Assembly: GCA_002633005.1 (NCBI GenBank) | Contig: NMRA01000016.1 | Coordinates: forward strand, 62,001 to 126,000 | Reading direction: 5' to 3' | DNA length: 64,000 bases | DNA from: Phoronis australis | Lineage: Eukaryota; Animalia; Phoronida | Shown here: positions 52,853 to 64,000 of the stretch, one piece after another | How the letters are laid out: each line of letters starts with the position of its first letter | Position numbering within the stretch: position 1 is the stretch's first letter | Position numbers and translations under genes: made by a program | The notes under the pieces: generated by a model | The model's database searches: none | Seen by the model: the letters and a program-made list of their open reading frames with translations, nothing else | What the model was told of the DNA's origin: nothing

Positions 52853-55800
52853 TATTGTACTTCCTCTTTCACGGTTAATTCAAAATGGCGGTATGTTCTT
52901 CTGTTCAGAATCATGTGTTTATTTAAACTTTTTTCGGCTACGAATTGTGTATTGGTTATGGGATAGGTATTGCTTGGATCCTTATAAATTCTTCTAACCT
53001 TTTAATAGGGTTTAAATACGTATACTACTGGCACTTTAACATGACACAAGACGAAGCACATGCATGTACCGGTGCCGGCGGCATACACAATATCAGCTTC
53101 ACCCAAAACTCCCAAACTGACCGCTGATAGAGCTCTTTCACGGGATGTCTTGAATAATCTACGCTGGCGATGCATGCCTCAACGTTTGATGTCATAATTT
53201 TCGAATGTCCTTAACGATGTGTGTGCATCTTACCCAAAACGTTTCATAACCATTTACCGACAAAAAACGTTAAGGGCGTATTTAACGATTGCATTCCATT
53301 TTGCAGGTATGCCCAAAATGTATTTGCCCAGCCAAGTGCAGTTCTAAAACTTCGGTAATGAAAGATTTGGAGTCGTTTTTTATTTGTAGCTGGCTGTAAT
53401 CTTCAATGTCAGAATGACGGCTACCCTATTAGAGACAGCCAGGGTACTTGTCGGTGCACCTGTCCCGATTACTTCAAGGGCACGCACTGCGAGCTGATTG
53501 ATGACAAAGGAGGTACTTTTTCAAATCTGTTCATAGTTTCGACAAAGTTAAGAAAACCTTACTTAGACCAACATATTGTCCCGGTAGCTCTGGCAGCTTA
53601 CGTCAATTTATGAAATCACTTGAGGGACATTAAATATGTATTGTATATAAACGGGTATACAAATGTAGCTTGACAATGAGAACTTTTTTTTCTTTGTGGC
53701 TTACATTGTGGTGTTAATACAGGTTTAATAGTATTTCTGTCTTTATGAAACAAACAGGCAGATTAGAACATTTTGCCAATGAGGAATCCGATGATGTCGT
53801 GTCCCCATGAGTCATAATCGGGTGATTAGTGTAATAGGTCCGGCATTGTGGCCTAAACACGCCTGATGTACCGCAAAAGGCACCTGCATCTTTTTTACAT
53901 TGCGGTGTTTAATACACGGATTCACCTATGGTGGTGGACAACAAAACGTTCATTCGTTTTAAGCATCGTGCCCCCAAAATAATATAGAACTCCATGTGAT
54001 GATTACAGAATGCAGGAAGCAGTGTGACCTAGTGGGATAAGTGTTTGCTTACTCAAAGTCGTGGGTTCGAGTCCCACTGGGGCACATTGATAGACCCTCG
54101 AGTCTTGTCTCCAGCTCCTCACCTCGGTTTTAGTTATGAACAAACTATAAAAATGTATCAAAAGGAGCAGTCCAATAGGTCCACCTGAGCGGCCTGTACA
54201 TGTCTGGGACATTGTACCAGACCGCCTGCTCTTATTTTTTCCATGACGAATACCACGTGACAATGGAGAAATTGATAAAATTGCGAAATAAGACCATTGC
54301 CAGTTATTTGATCTTTGATCCCGCAATAGAAATCGATTTTCTTTTGACATTTTACATTATACTTTTAAGATAAGCCTATAACAATCTTTGAGTACAGTTT
54401 CCGTTTACAGTTGTACGTGGATAACAGTCATTACATACCCTACACGTCTTAGCCCCACATCAGCAACTTTAATAGATACATCAAAATCATACGGTCACAT
54501 ACATACACACTCTGGTATTCTTCTCTCTTCGATTTCAGACCACTGTCCTATCTTCATTGCTTCAAAATTGATAATGAAAATCCACCCTAAACGCCCTACT
54601 TTCGTCTCAAAATATTCTTACACACCACAAACAAAAACTCACTTTCTCATTAGCTTACGGAATTGCAATATCATGGAAAAGCTAGACCGCAGCCTAGATT
54701 GTGACCCCAATCACAACTACGCAATACTCAGTGATACTTTGACATATCTCACGAAAAAACACTTTGGTCCAAAAAATGTTAGATATAATAAACACAAATA
54801 CGCGCTTAACTCGTGGATTACACCTGGTATTTTAATTTCCATTCGTTACCAAGATAAACTGTACAAACAAACCAAGACAACTCCTCGCAACACACAATCC
54901 TACGCTACATGCCTTAATAATCTTAAAGTATACAACAAGATTCTCAAAAAACTATTGATTTTGCCAAGCAATCTTACTATTATGACACATTCGAAAAAGG
55001 GAAGTCTGACATAAATAAAACATGGGATACAATAAAGACAGTTATGAACAACGGCGTTCGAACAAAAATGATACCCCAGAATGTCTCTTACGCTCAGATA
55101 ACACTAAAACCAGTGACCTACCCAAAATGGCAAGTTTATTCAACACCTACTTTACCCAAATCGGCCCATCCCTGTCTGAATCAATAACTATGATAAAAAA
55201 CAAGAATTTCCCAAGCCAAACAAATTTAAGTTCTCTTTCAGACTAATTAATAATAAACATGTACTAGATATTATAAGAGACATGGACGCAAAAAATAGTA
55301 CTGGTCATGACAATTTATCATCTAAAATTATCAAAATAAGCAGTCCTTTTATAATTGAACCTCTCACGACCATCATCAACCAGTGCTTGCTCACTGGTAT
55401 ATTTCTAAAGATTGCTAAGGTGATCCCAGTTTTTAAACAACACGGTTTGGATCCAGAGCACCCGGGCAATTATAGACCCATTTCTATTCTTCCAACAATC
55501 TCAAAAATTATAGAAAAAAATTATCCATACTCAACTTTCAACTTTCCTAAATGAAAATGATATTCTTAATAAACATCAATATGGTTTCAGGAAATGTCAC
55601 TCTACAGAACTTGCTTCGCTTGAACTTTTAGACCGCATTTGTTCCCATCTTGATAATGACATGAATCCACAGGTCATCTTTCTAGATCTCTCTAAAGCTT
55701 TCGACACAATAGACCACCAAATACTCTTGCAAAAGGTAAATCACTATGGTATTACTGGAGTTGAATATACACTGTTCAAAAGTTATCTCTCAAACCGCAC

Positions 55801-58800
55801 ACAATATGTTTCACTAAGTGATACAACTTCCAGTTGGTTACCAATATCTACCGGAGTTCCCCAAGGCTCTGTCCTTGGCCCACTTCTCTTCCTAGTTTAC
55901 ATAAATGATCTTTCGTTTTCTTCTCCCATGGACACACTTCTTTATGCTGACGACATTTGCCTTGTTACACCTTACAAACTGACTGAATCTTCCCAATACA
56001 CATTACAGCAATCAACCACCATCAACAACAACCTTAAATCTATTTCAGACTGGTTTTCCGTGAACAAACTTTCAATTAACACATTAAAAAGTAAATTAAT
56101 GATCTTTCACTACCCCCAAAAGAAAATTGAAAAATGTATTTTTCCCACCATTTATACAAAAAGCACAACAATATGTCATGTGAACAGTTTTCCTTTCCTT
56201 GGTATTACTGTTGACAAAAACCTCTCATGGTCCCCCCACATTAACCTCATCTCAAACAAACTTAACAATCTCGGTGGACTCTTATACAAATTGAAATCCT
56301 ATCTTCCTCTTCCAGCTCTCAAGTTGATATATAATTCACTTGTCCTTCCACATTTAAACTATGGCATTGCAACTTGGGGTTTTGGCAACACTAAGAAACT
56401 TCAGACAGCCCAGAAAAGAATCCTTGGGAATATATCAAATTCCAGTTATAATGCTCACTCTCTGCCCGTATGTAAGGAACTTCGCCTCCCTCTAGTTCAA
56501 AACATCTTTAAAATCTCAACTGCAAAATTTTACTACAAATTCCTCAATAATCAGCTTCCTAAGTATTTTTACACTAACAACTTCTTTAGTAAACCCACCC
56601 AATATAAACCAACCAGACACATTAAAACTCCTACATACCTGAATCAATACTCAGCTGCTATACCGACAATACAACCCAAAAGTTTAATTGCTCCGTCCAA
56701 CAAATTGTCATCAAGAGCCTGTATCAGATTTCAGATTCCTCAACTTATAAACAACAACGAAATACCAGTCTCTGCTCTAAATATTATAAAAACGCATTCT
56801 TTGCAAGCATTCTCCAGGTTCTTAACCAATTTTATTATTAGCAACTACGATCCAGTTTGTCATATTTTCTCTCTCATCCGTGTACAGATGTACATGTACG
56901 TGAATAACGGTCATCCGTGTACAATGGTACGTGGATAATTGCATTTGAGTCTGAACTCGTTTTTACTCATATTATAGCTCGAATCTAAGAACATCAAGTG
57001 TCAATTTGGATTAGATAATGATCAGCGAAAACCATACCATACTTATAAACAAAAATAATAGATGTCTATTTTGAATTAACACTGAAGTAGAACGTCACAT
57101 GTCAACGAAAACAATTGCAAGTTCAATACCGATTAGAAAGATTATACCCCAGGACTGAACATGGTATTGTCGTATCATCATTGCCATCGACAACTTTTAT
57201 ATTCTACAGGCTGCGGTGGTAAATACAAACTCCAAAATGCTGGCGATGTTGTCACGATTTTCGGAGAAAGCACTAAAGAACGAGATGATAGACAATGTGT
57301 GTATCTTATTGAGGTGAGCAAATGGGTTTGAAACAGGTTATTAACCACATGTAAACAGAATGCATTGGTGCCGTTTTAATCGAAGCATTATATGCATTTC
57401 TTCTACAGTAATGCATTCCTCGTCAGGGTCGTTTATGAAAGATTGCGATTTATTCATTTATTTAATTACTTGTTTAATTGTTCAACCAGGGGAACCAGTA
57501 AGAAATTCATCAGTTTTTCATGATTAACAAACAAACAGTTACAAACGAAATTAGAGTTAGAATGAATAAGGACAAGACAGTTCAAAACCTACCTGGAACG
57601 ATAACACATGTAACTGAAGCGATACGATAGAGGCATCATTACGATCACGATAAATTGCTTGTGGTTGAATGTTTAAAATAATGGTCTTTTCTTTCGTTGC
57701 TAGAACATTAATCCGGCTATCAGAATAGCAAAATAAGCTCGATCGAGGAAGGCTTTAAATTGGATATTCTACATAAATTAAGATTGTTATTCTCCATGTT
57801 AATAACTACTAAAATATTCACACAGTTACACGTACATGAATAATAACACATCACTAAAGCACGTACATGTTTTAGACGAAAGCATGTAGGCTGTTGACAC
57901 ACTGTTAAGGTGATTTGGTAGTGTCTTCCACAAAATGCTGTCACACTCTTCCACGCTGTATTTGTAGCGTTCAGTATTCATTCATGGTGGCTTGTAGTGC
58001 AATAAATCCCTTATCCATACCATCAGTTTAAATACAAAGCTCTATCGGGAAATGAAAGCCGTACAAGATGAGCGATCAAGATGAATCCGCACTAACTTAC
58101 GAACTCTATCGATAGAGTTAATAATTCTATCAATAGAGATAATAAGTCTATCGATAGAGTTTATTAAGTCTATAGATAGAGATACTAAGTCTGTCGATAG
58201 AGTTAGTAAGTCTATCGAAGAGATAGTAAGTCTATCGATAGAGTTAGCAACGGAGAAAAAAGTTGCAGTGACGTCCTTTAACAGCCACCGTAGGACAGCT
58301 TCCTCACAGTTTACACAATAATCGATGTATGATAGAACTAGTGTATTAACTAGCAGGACTACCTGAGTATATTGTGTACTACTTCCTGGAGTCGGGTCAT
58401 CTGTATGGGAATATTATATAGACAGTTATCAATCAACATTTTTCAAATTTTCAAACGTTATGGAAGAACATCATCAAGGCTTCAATTTTGTCTAAATTTG
58501 ATTGCGTTAACCTTTTCAATATGGCCTCAAAATATAAAACCTGCGCTATCACTAATAGTTACTTCGGTGGGATACAGCATCACGGCTCAGAACGTAATGA
58601 ATTTATCCCGGTGATGAGGGCCATCAATCTCACTACAGGGGGAGTGGGCGTCTCAAAATAGCGGTTTATCGTTACAATAAATTCTTAATAATGTTGCACA
58701 CAGTTTACCGACCTTAAAAATGTCGTCGATGGATAATAGTTCAATTGTGAAACGGTTTCTTTGTTTTTAATTAGTACCATTTATCGTTATTTTTATCACT

Positions 58801-61800
58801 CTTATTGAACCTGTAGCACCTTTATTGAGGTTTCAAAAACCCACTCTTCTTGCATTAAAGGTGTCATTTTGTATTTTCAATTTTCCAGAGTCCAAAGATT
58901 CTTAGAGTCCATTTCAACGATTTTTTCCTGAAAAATCTTTGGTATTGCTTAGCCACATTGGAAGTTCGCTTTAATCTCATTGGCCAAGTCGGCATCAAGT
59001 AAGTTGCAAAAGACTGTTTCTGATCGCGATGTAACTCTGGTCTTATTTGGTAAATTCATTTTAAGCAATTGTACCGCTTTGACATGGGAGGGTTGTGTTT
59101 TCATTAATAGAAGCACGGCAAAAATTTAATCAGTATCTACGGGGTGGTTGTAAATGGTTAAGTCACGAAGTTGTCGGTAAAGTGACCAGTGTACTTGTTG
59201 CAAAGTAGACTGTAAAGGCTTACGAGTGATTGGAGAGACCTGTGTCTTTAATAGCTGGATTTCGAAATAGCTGCGCCATATTGAATGTCACTAAACCACA
59301 AGAAGGCGATTATGTCTTTGGGGGACAGGCGTTCCGCGGCACCTACAGATCCCGTGTTATGCGGACGGTGGGTTTCAACCTACATAAACAGTGTTTTAAT
59401 AGCTTCACTGCTATCATTACATGGCCACTGCTATTCGGTGGGATGCATCAATGTCTTATGAAGAAGGCAAACCTTTTTACAATGGATGAACAAGGGCATG
59501 GTGTTGCGTTCATTTCTCACTCCGAATAAGTATCCACTGAGAGAGTCGGCCGGCTCCGTTGATAAAGCGTGGGAATTTCAATCCCAGCCGGTGTCAAAAG
59601 GCTGAAATAAATTAGTTAACTTAAACTAACCAAACGGTGGGAGGGGCCGAAAGTGGAAGTTATCCCTCTGCGTCTAAATTAATGAACCACAATGTAGTAG
59701 GCGAACTTCTGTCAACCAAATTTGAGTAGAGATCAACCGGAAGTCTCTTCCATTACTCTCGAAAGCACCGCTGTACTCAGCCGGAATAGAAAAAAGACGA
59801 GCGCACTGAAGCGGCTACTGAATGAAGCTCCTAAATTCCGACTGGTCGATCGAGACTATTAAGTGGGTATTCAGATTAAAATGGACAATTGAAACAGGAG
59901 AGGTATCGGGTTTTCTGATTTACGTATACAATAGCTCGCCAGATACTAAAAGTTTATGTGATGTTTTTTTACCGTTGTCATTTATCAGAATTCTCAGCAG
60001 ACAGGTATTTCGTAGCAAAAGGTACATGTATTCACTGTCAAAATAAGTAATATCCACGTTATTAATTGGATAAAAAACCCTCCTTTGATCAACTTTCGTA
60101 AAGTACACGACTGTTTTACGGTTTTACGTTATCACCTAGCAAGTTTTGTCAACTGACGACAGTGTGTGCGGGTATTGTCTCAATGACATGATGAACTGAA
60201 TAAACAATTCAAAATATTCATATAATCACAGGATCAAAGCACGTTACGTCGTAGGCGACGGCACATCCTAACCAAGCCCTAACGCAGGAAGTTTTATTGC
60301 AAATTGCGACTAACCCTTGCTAAACTGTGAAAGTTAAGTTGCCGTATTGTTTATTAGAGTTTAATCGGATACCTTTGGGGGCATTTGGGGTGTTTTAACT
60401 CTTCCAACTCTAATAAATAGTCCTGCAATAAATATCGTTTACCACTATCAGACACGTCAAGAGGGGAACGTACAGACTGCGACCTGTCTAGGTAACTCTA
60501 GGTCATCTTAGGCCATCAAAGATGAAACTAAAGTACTCAACCCCCCCCCCCCCTTTTCGAATAATAGACCAAAGTACGCAAGAGTAGGAGTGGCATCTAA
60601 TGGACGACGATTCAAATTTAATCACACGAGTCTCAAGTACATGTATACGGTAGACCCCTATTTTCAATATGTGCAAATCCGGTTCAAATTGGCTGCAATG
60701 TCTATTATTCACAAGTTCAACTACGGCTCATCACCGTGGAGCTACATAAAAGTAATCTTTAATGGGCTCATTTTGTAGTTGAGGCGGTAGTCCAACATAA
60801 CATTGTGAACGAAAGCATTCGTGAAGAGGGCACAAACACTAAAACAAGGCAACATTTTAAAAAATCCCGTGTAGGCTTGGCGCAGTTATTACCTATAGCC
60901 AGATTACTATTACCAAGGGTACTTTATCACTAGGGTTTCCGTCTTCCAGATAATTGCTATGTCTGGTTCCCTAACAACAGTCATTGAATCCTAGATACAA
61001 ATATCCTTATGACATAGTTAGAAAAGTTGTGGTGTGAAAGTCCATACTTAACCATAATTTCAATTGTTAAATGTTGAAAACCAGATATACTGTACAGTTG
61101 ACGGTTTCAACGTTTGCTACTGCCTAAATGCTTGAGAGCGCGTTCCATCACCCAGGTACATGTACTTAATATTAGACCGACTTCGAACTAGAACAATTCC
61201 TGGACTTGTCCTGGTGACGTAATAACCATTTTCCGTGGATAACAATGGATATGCCGACAAATTTGTGGTTGGTGCGATCATTTTCTACTTTGAACTTGAT
61301 GCATACACATTGGAAAGCAATGATGCCCTAATTATTAAATTCGAATATCCATCGATCATTTGCCAAGACGGGCTTTCACTCTTTAATTAAATCTTAGCAT
61401 GTTAAATCCTTTTTCCACATTCAGCATGCCCTTGGTACAATGCCTCCAGTCGCCTGTTAACAAGACAAAGGTGCGAGGATATACACGGCTAGATGTCAAA
61501 ACGTGACTGCTTTAATTCTAAACTGTCTTGGTAGCCTGTGATTGTAGCTGTTTATACATCTACATGTACCTGCTTGTGGTCACCTAGAGCGTTGTTATTT
61601 GGTCCACTTGCCTTTTGTACATTATGGTTGTGAATAAACGTTTTCTCTCCTCTCATCTCCCCCTGCGCGAGAAGTCTTCAGTTATGTAACGGAAATCTTT
61701 ATTTTTATCACACGCCTTAAAATACCATTACGTTAACTGGGGCCATTCTGATATTTTAGGAGATCCTGAGGTTACTGTCGAAGCATTCGACTTTTGTTTG

Positions 61801-63215
61801 CGATTTCCCATACTGATCCAAGGACTTCTGGAAAATTCTGTCGGCCGATTGAATTCTCTGGCTTACTGGTGTGTGTTTGAAATACAGTATACATGTTCAT
61901 GTAATAAAGTATTCCTTTACGCCTGCGTATTATTTACTCAAGTAGCTCTGTAGTAGGTCATAATACGGTGTGGAGAACTGTGGTGTGGTGATAGCGAACA
62001 ACCATTCCCAAATCTTACTCGTTGACTTTCAGGCTTTGCAGAACCCGACCATCGGAGGATTTCTCCACCCTTGACGACAGTGCCATGAAAAAGTTGTTGC
62101 TGGTGTTCAGCGAGTCAAGCTCGTTTCGCCATACTGCCAAATATAATATTTCGATATTTGCGTCCGATCCTACAGGTAATATGATATTGAGTTATGGCAT
62201 AGCGTGTCAATGAACCGATGAGTGAGACTTTGCGAAAGCATTACGTCAGAGAAACTTGTGCTTTCGAATTTCAAATAGTGCCATTTGTGTAACAGCTAAT
62301 GCCAGCTAGTTTTGATCATAATTTAGTCCCGCTTGAGTAAAACCCGAAGTAGCAATAGATTAACTTGAAGTTCTAGTGAAGGAAAGAATTGCTAGGACAA
62401 GGTTGAAAAACGTAATGTGAGATACACTTGAAACTGGGTAATTTTTCCTACTTTTGTTAGTCTGATGAATACATGGGGAACCTGCACATTGGTAGCACGT
62501 TTGTGACGCATTGTCACCACAGTAAGGTTAAGAAGGTTTTCGCGGTGAGTTTAAAAATTGAATGCAACTAATTAACCATTGCAAGGTGACTTAGGAGTTT
62601 GCTGACTCCATCTATGTCATCATAATCGCAATATGACCTTGACTTTCAGATCCTTGTTTAAAGAACCCTTGTCCTGTAAGCGCTGCCTGCATCTTCCAGG
62701 CGCCCAGTTCATTTCGATGCCTTTGCCCGCCGGGAAAAGCTGGAAAAGACTGCGATCTTAAAGGTTCAACACGTTCCTGTTTTAAGGAGAATCCTTCAAT
62801 GAGTTCAATTTTGCTTACTTGTTCCTCCTTCAGCGAATTATGTAGTATGGCGGCACCGAGCAGTTTCTTTGAGACTGTCGCTGTACTGAATGGAGTTTAT
62901 ACGCGTCTACCGTGTTACGTGAGAGTCGAGGTGTCAAAATATTTCCCTTGTAATGTTTGAAAACGAAATCGCAGCCAAGTGACGATTTTTGCAGTTTATG
63001 CTTATGCTGTATGTGTTTAAGTGCTGTTAACTTGGTGAATTTTGGGGATGAGTACGGCGTGAGCACAGAATTCTCTGATTGCGTCACTACTGTCATGCTT
63101 TCAGATCCGTGCCTGCCTAATCCTTGCCATGAGAAAGCAACCTGCAGCGGTGTGGGTGATTCCTTCAAGTGTAAATGCCCGCCTGGCTTATTTGGAACGG
63201 CTTGTGACATCGGCG
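43254..63215 (+). CDS. Astacin-family metalloprotease copy 2 (spliced; first exons not located; continues past the window end)
   Basis: Exons 43254-43344, 43608-43740, 46357-46441, 46890-47081, 49427-49556, 53390-53512, 57210-57313, 58889-58998, 62033-62175, 62650-62763, 63105-63215. Exon lengths are identical to copy 1 where both are present. Confidence 0.88.
43608..43740 (+). CDS. Copy 2 astacin exon
   Basis: GSYQEEGEGIVKAALALIQKQTCLKFNLVEEGYNSHHLIFRNGNG (A...TCLxF). Confidence 0.9.
44527..45770. mobile_element. Foldback/MITE with long imperfect inverted repeats (>120 bp)
   Basis: GTGATAATTAAGTTAA..GAATGTTGAAATAGC..CATGGTTAAGGCATG is mirrored at 45650-45760. Confidence 0.65.
46150..46272 (-). 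mobile_element. tRNA-derived SINE
   Basis: Minus strand: GGCAGTGTGGCCAGG...GGGTTCAAGTCCC. Confidence 0.65.
46357..46441 (+). CDS. Copy 2 astacin exon (GCxSxIGR)
   Basis: GCISSIGRKAPKGQFVRLLHRSKSHTCIR; phase 2-0; |gtgagt. Confidence 0.9.
46890..47081 (+). CDS. Copy 2 catalytic exon
   Basis: EGAVVHEVLHALGLVHEQTRSDRDDY...SLMHYGVK. Confidence 0.95.
48737..49175. mobile_element. MITE, copy-2-specific intronic insertion
   Basis: TIR CAGTGCCCGGTTG[T/C]ATGAAA.AGTCCC; absent at the paralogous position ~3880. Confidence 0.7.
49427..49556 (+). CDS. Copy 2 astacin C-terminal exon
   Basis: EFRINYKKPTITVKAKLLERLIGNRKAMSYYDVKTLNIMYNCS. Confidence 0.92.
51300..52852 (+). mobile_element. Decayed L2/Crack-like LINE (RT to 3' tail)
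   Basis: KAFDLVHH, HGVPQ/GSILGPLLF and DMYAND RT remnants; AATAAA followed by a (TTA)n tail. Confidence 0.8.
53390..53512 (+). CDS. Copy 2 EGF exon 1
   Basis: AGCNLQCQNDGYPIRDSQGTCRCTCPDYFKGTHCELIDDKG. Confidence 0.92.
54014..54120 (+). mobile_element. tRNA-derived SINE (same insertion as 5686; predates the duplication)
   Basis: Same flanks and B-box GGTTCGAGTCC. Confidence 0.65.
54432..56870 (+). mobile_element. CR1/L2-group LINE ORF2 fragment (end of APE, RT, C-terminus), frameshifted
   Basis: SATLID, ISDHCPIF, WITPG, NYRPISILP, QYGFR, FLDLSKAFDTIDH, GVPQGSVLGPLLFLVYIND, YADD; absent from the copy 1 intron. Confidence 0.9.
57210..57313 (+). CDS. Copy 2 CUB exon a
   Basis: GCGGKYKLQNAGDVVTIFGESTKERDDRQCVYLIE. 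Confidence 0.9.
58102..58246. repeat. ~21-bp minisatellite (~7 units) with palindromic core TCTATCGATAGA
   Basis: Repeated AAGTCTATCGATAGAGTTA(A/G)T. Confidence 0.8.
58889..58998 (+). CDS. Copy 2 CUB exon b
   Basis: SPKILRVHFNDFFLKNLWYCLATLEVRFNLIGQVGIK. Confidence 0.88.
62033..62175 (+). CDS. Copy 2 CUB exon c
   Basis: LCRTRPSEDFSTLDDSAMKKLLLVFSESSSFRHTAKYNISIFASDPT. Confidence 0.88.
62650..62763 (+). CDS. Copy 2 EGF exon 2
   Basis: DPCLKNPCPVSAACIFQAPSSFRCLCPPGKAGKDCDLK. Confidence 0.92.
63105..63215 (+). CDS. Copy 2 EGF exon 3
   Basis: DPCLPNPCHEKATCSGVGDSFKCKCPPGLFGTACDIG. Confidence 0.92.
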
Positions 63216-63549
63216 GTAAGATCACCGGTCAACACGAAATTTATGAGAGCCCAAGCATTGCCACACGACCTGAATCATTCTTATATTCCCATTCTTGTCA
63301 CAATAGTGCTTGGCATCGTAAACTAAGTTGGCTATCTGTAAGAATCCCAACCCTCAAGTGCAATGTGTGTTGGACTTGTTCGACTGGTGAAAAGCATTGC
63401 TAGACATTACTAGTGGCTCTGGGATGTCGCAAAGGAGCCTGAATATACCAAGACTTCTCAGTTAGCTGAGACAAGCTGGCACTGGAGCTGACTATCATCT
63501 ACGACGCGACCACATGCGTGCATTAATACGCCGTAAATTCTAACAAAGT

Positions 63550-63660
63550 CGAAAAATGTAACAACTGTTACGTTTTACGTAATTGTTACATTTTACGTGG
63601 ATAGGCCTCTTGTAAAATGTAACAAGTTCTCACATTTTATAAAATTCTTACATTTATGGC
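63550..63660. repeat. TTACATTTTACGT/AAAATGTAAC dispersed repeat
   Basis: A related block lies at ~28313-28440. Confidence 0.5.
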
Positions 63661-64000
63661 GTATCAGTGCACTGTAGAGCGAACTTTATGCGCAACCCTA
63701 AGGAAGCGGTGATACATCGATTCTACCATCGTATTGTGAATACTGCCATCAAATCTATTTTTCGACTAATTAGACGTATTTTACGGTGGCCAAACCAGAC
63801 TGCTTTATATGCATTGCGCTCAAGTCAAATCCGCGTTGTTTTTATAGCAACCTGTGCTTTACCAAGCTAAATATTTCACTCACCAATACGTCGACCGTGA
63901 AAGAATTGAAATCATGGCCTTTTTGGTAAATTCTAGACACCACCGTAAGTTGCACTCCATTTTAGGTCTTAAGACAAAGTTATGTTTACAATCAGTTCAT

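Noticed and set aside
58102-58246. CRISPR-like array
   Set aside because: The units are contiguous with no unique spacers, the context is eukaryotic, and there are no cas genes.

Overview
Eukaryotic (invertebrate-like, intron-rich, TE-rich) genomic DNA; there are no prokaryotic operons or CRISPR arrays. The backbone is a tandem pair of + strand astacin (M12A) zinc-metalloprotease paralogues, reconstructed by hand from phase-compatible GT-AG exons. Copy 1 (5' end lies before the window; exons 2034-24912) encodes astacin-EGF-CUB-EGF-EGF-MAM, an 11-nt microexon and a probable GPI-type C-terminus. Copy 2 (exons 43254-63215) runs off the 3' end of the window. The introns of the two copies are still alignable, which exposes copy-specific TE insertions. 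Mobile elements include a TIR/TSD-complete but internally deleted Kolobok (THAP-transposase plus convergent P2X7-ballast-like KolX), a TIR/TSD-complete decayed ISL2EU-type Harbinger (THAP plus convergent SAP/YqaJ), Academ (XPG/Cys8) relics, several CR1/L2-type LINE fragments, a Hero-type RLE fragment, tRNA-derived SINEs and MITEs. Most of the short ORFs in the supplied track are spurious.
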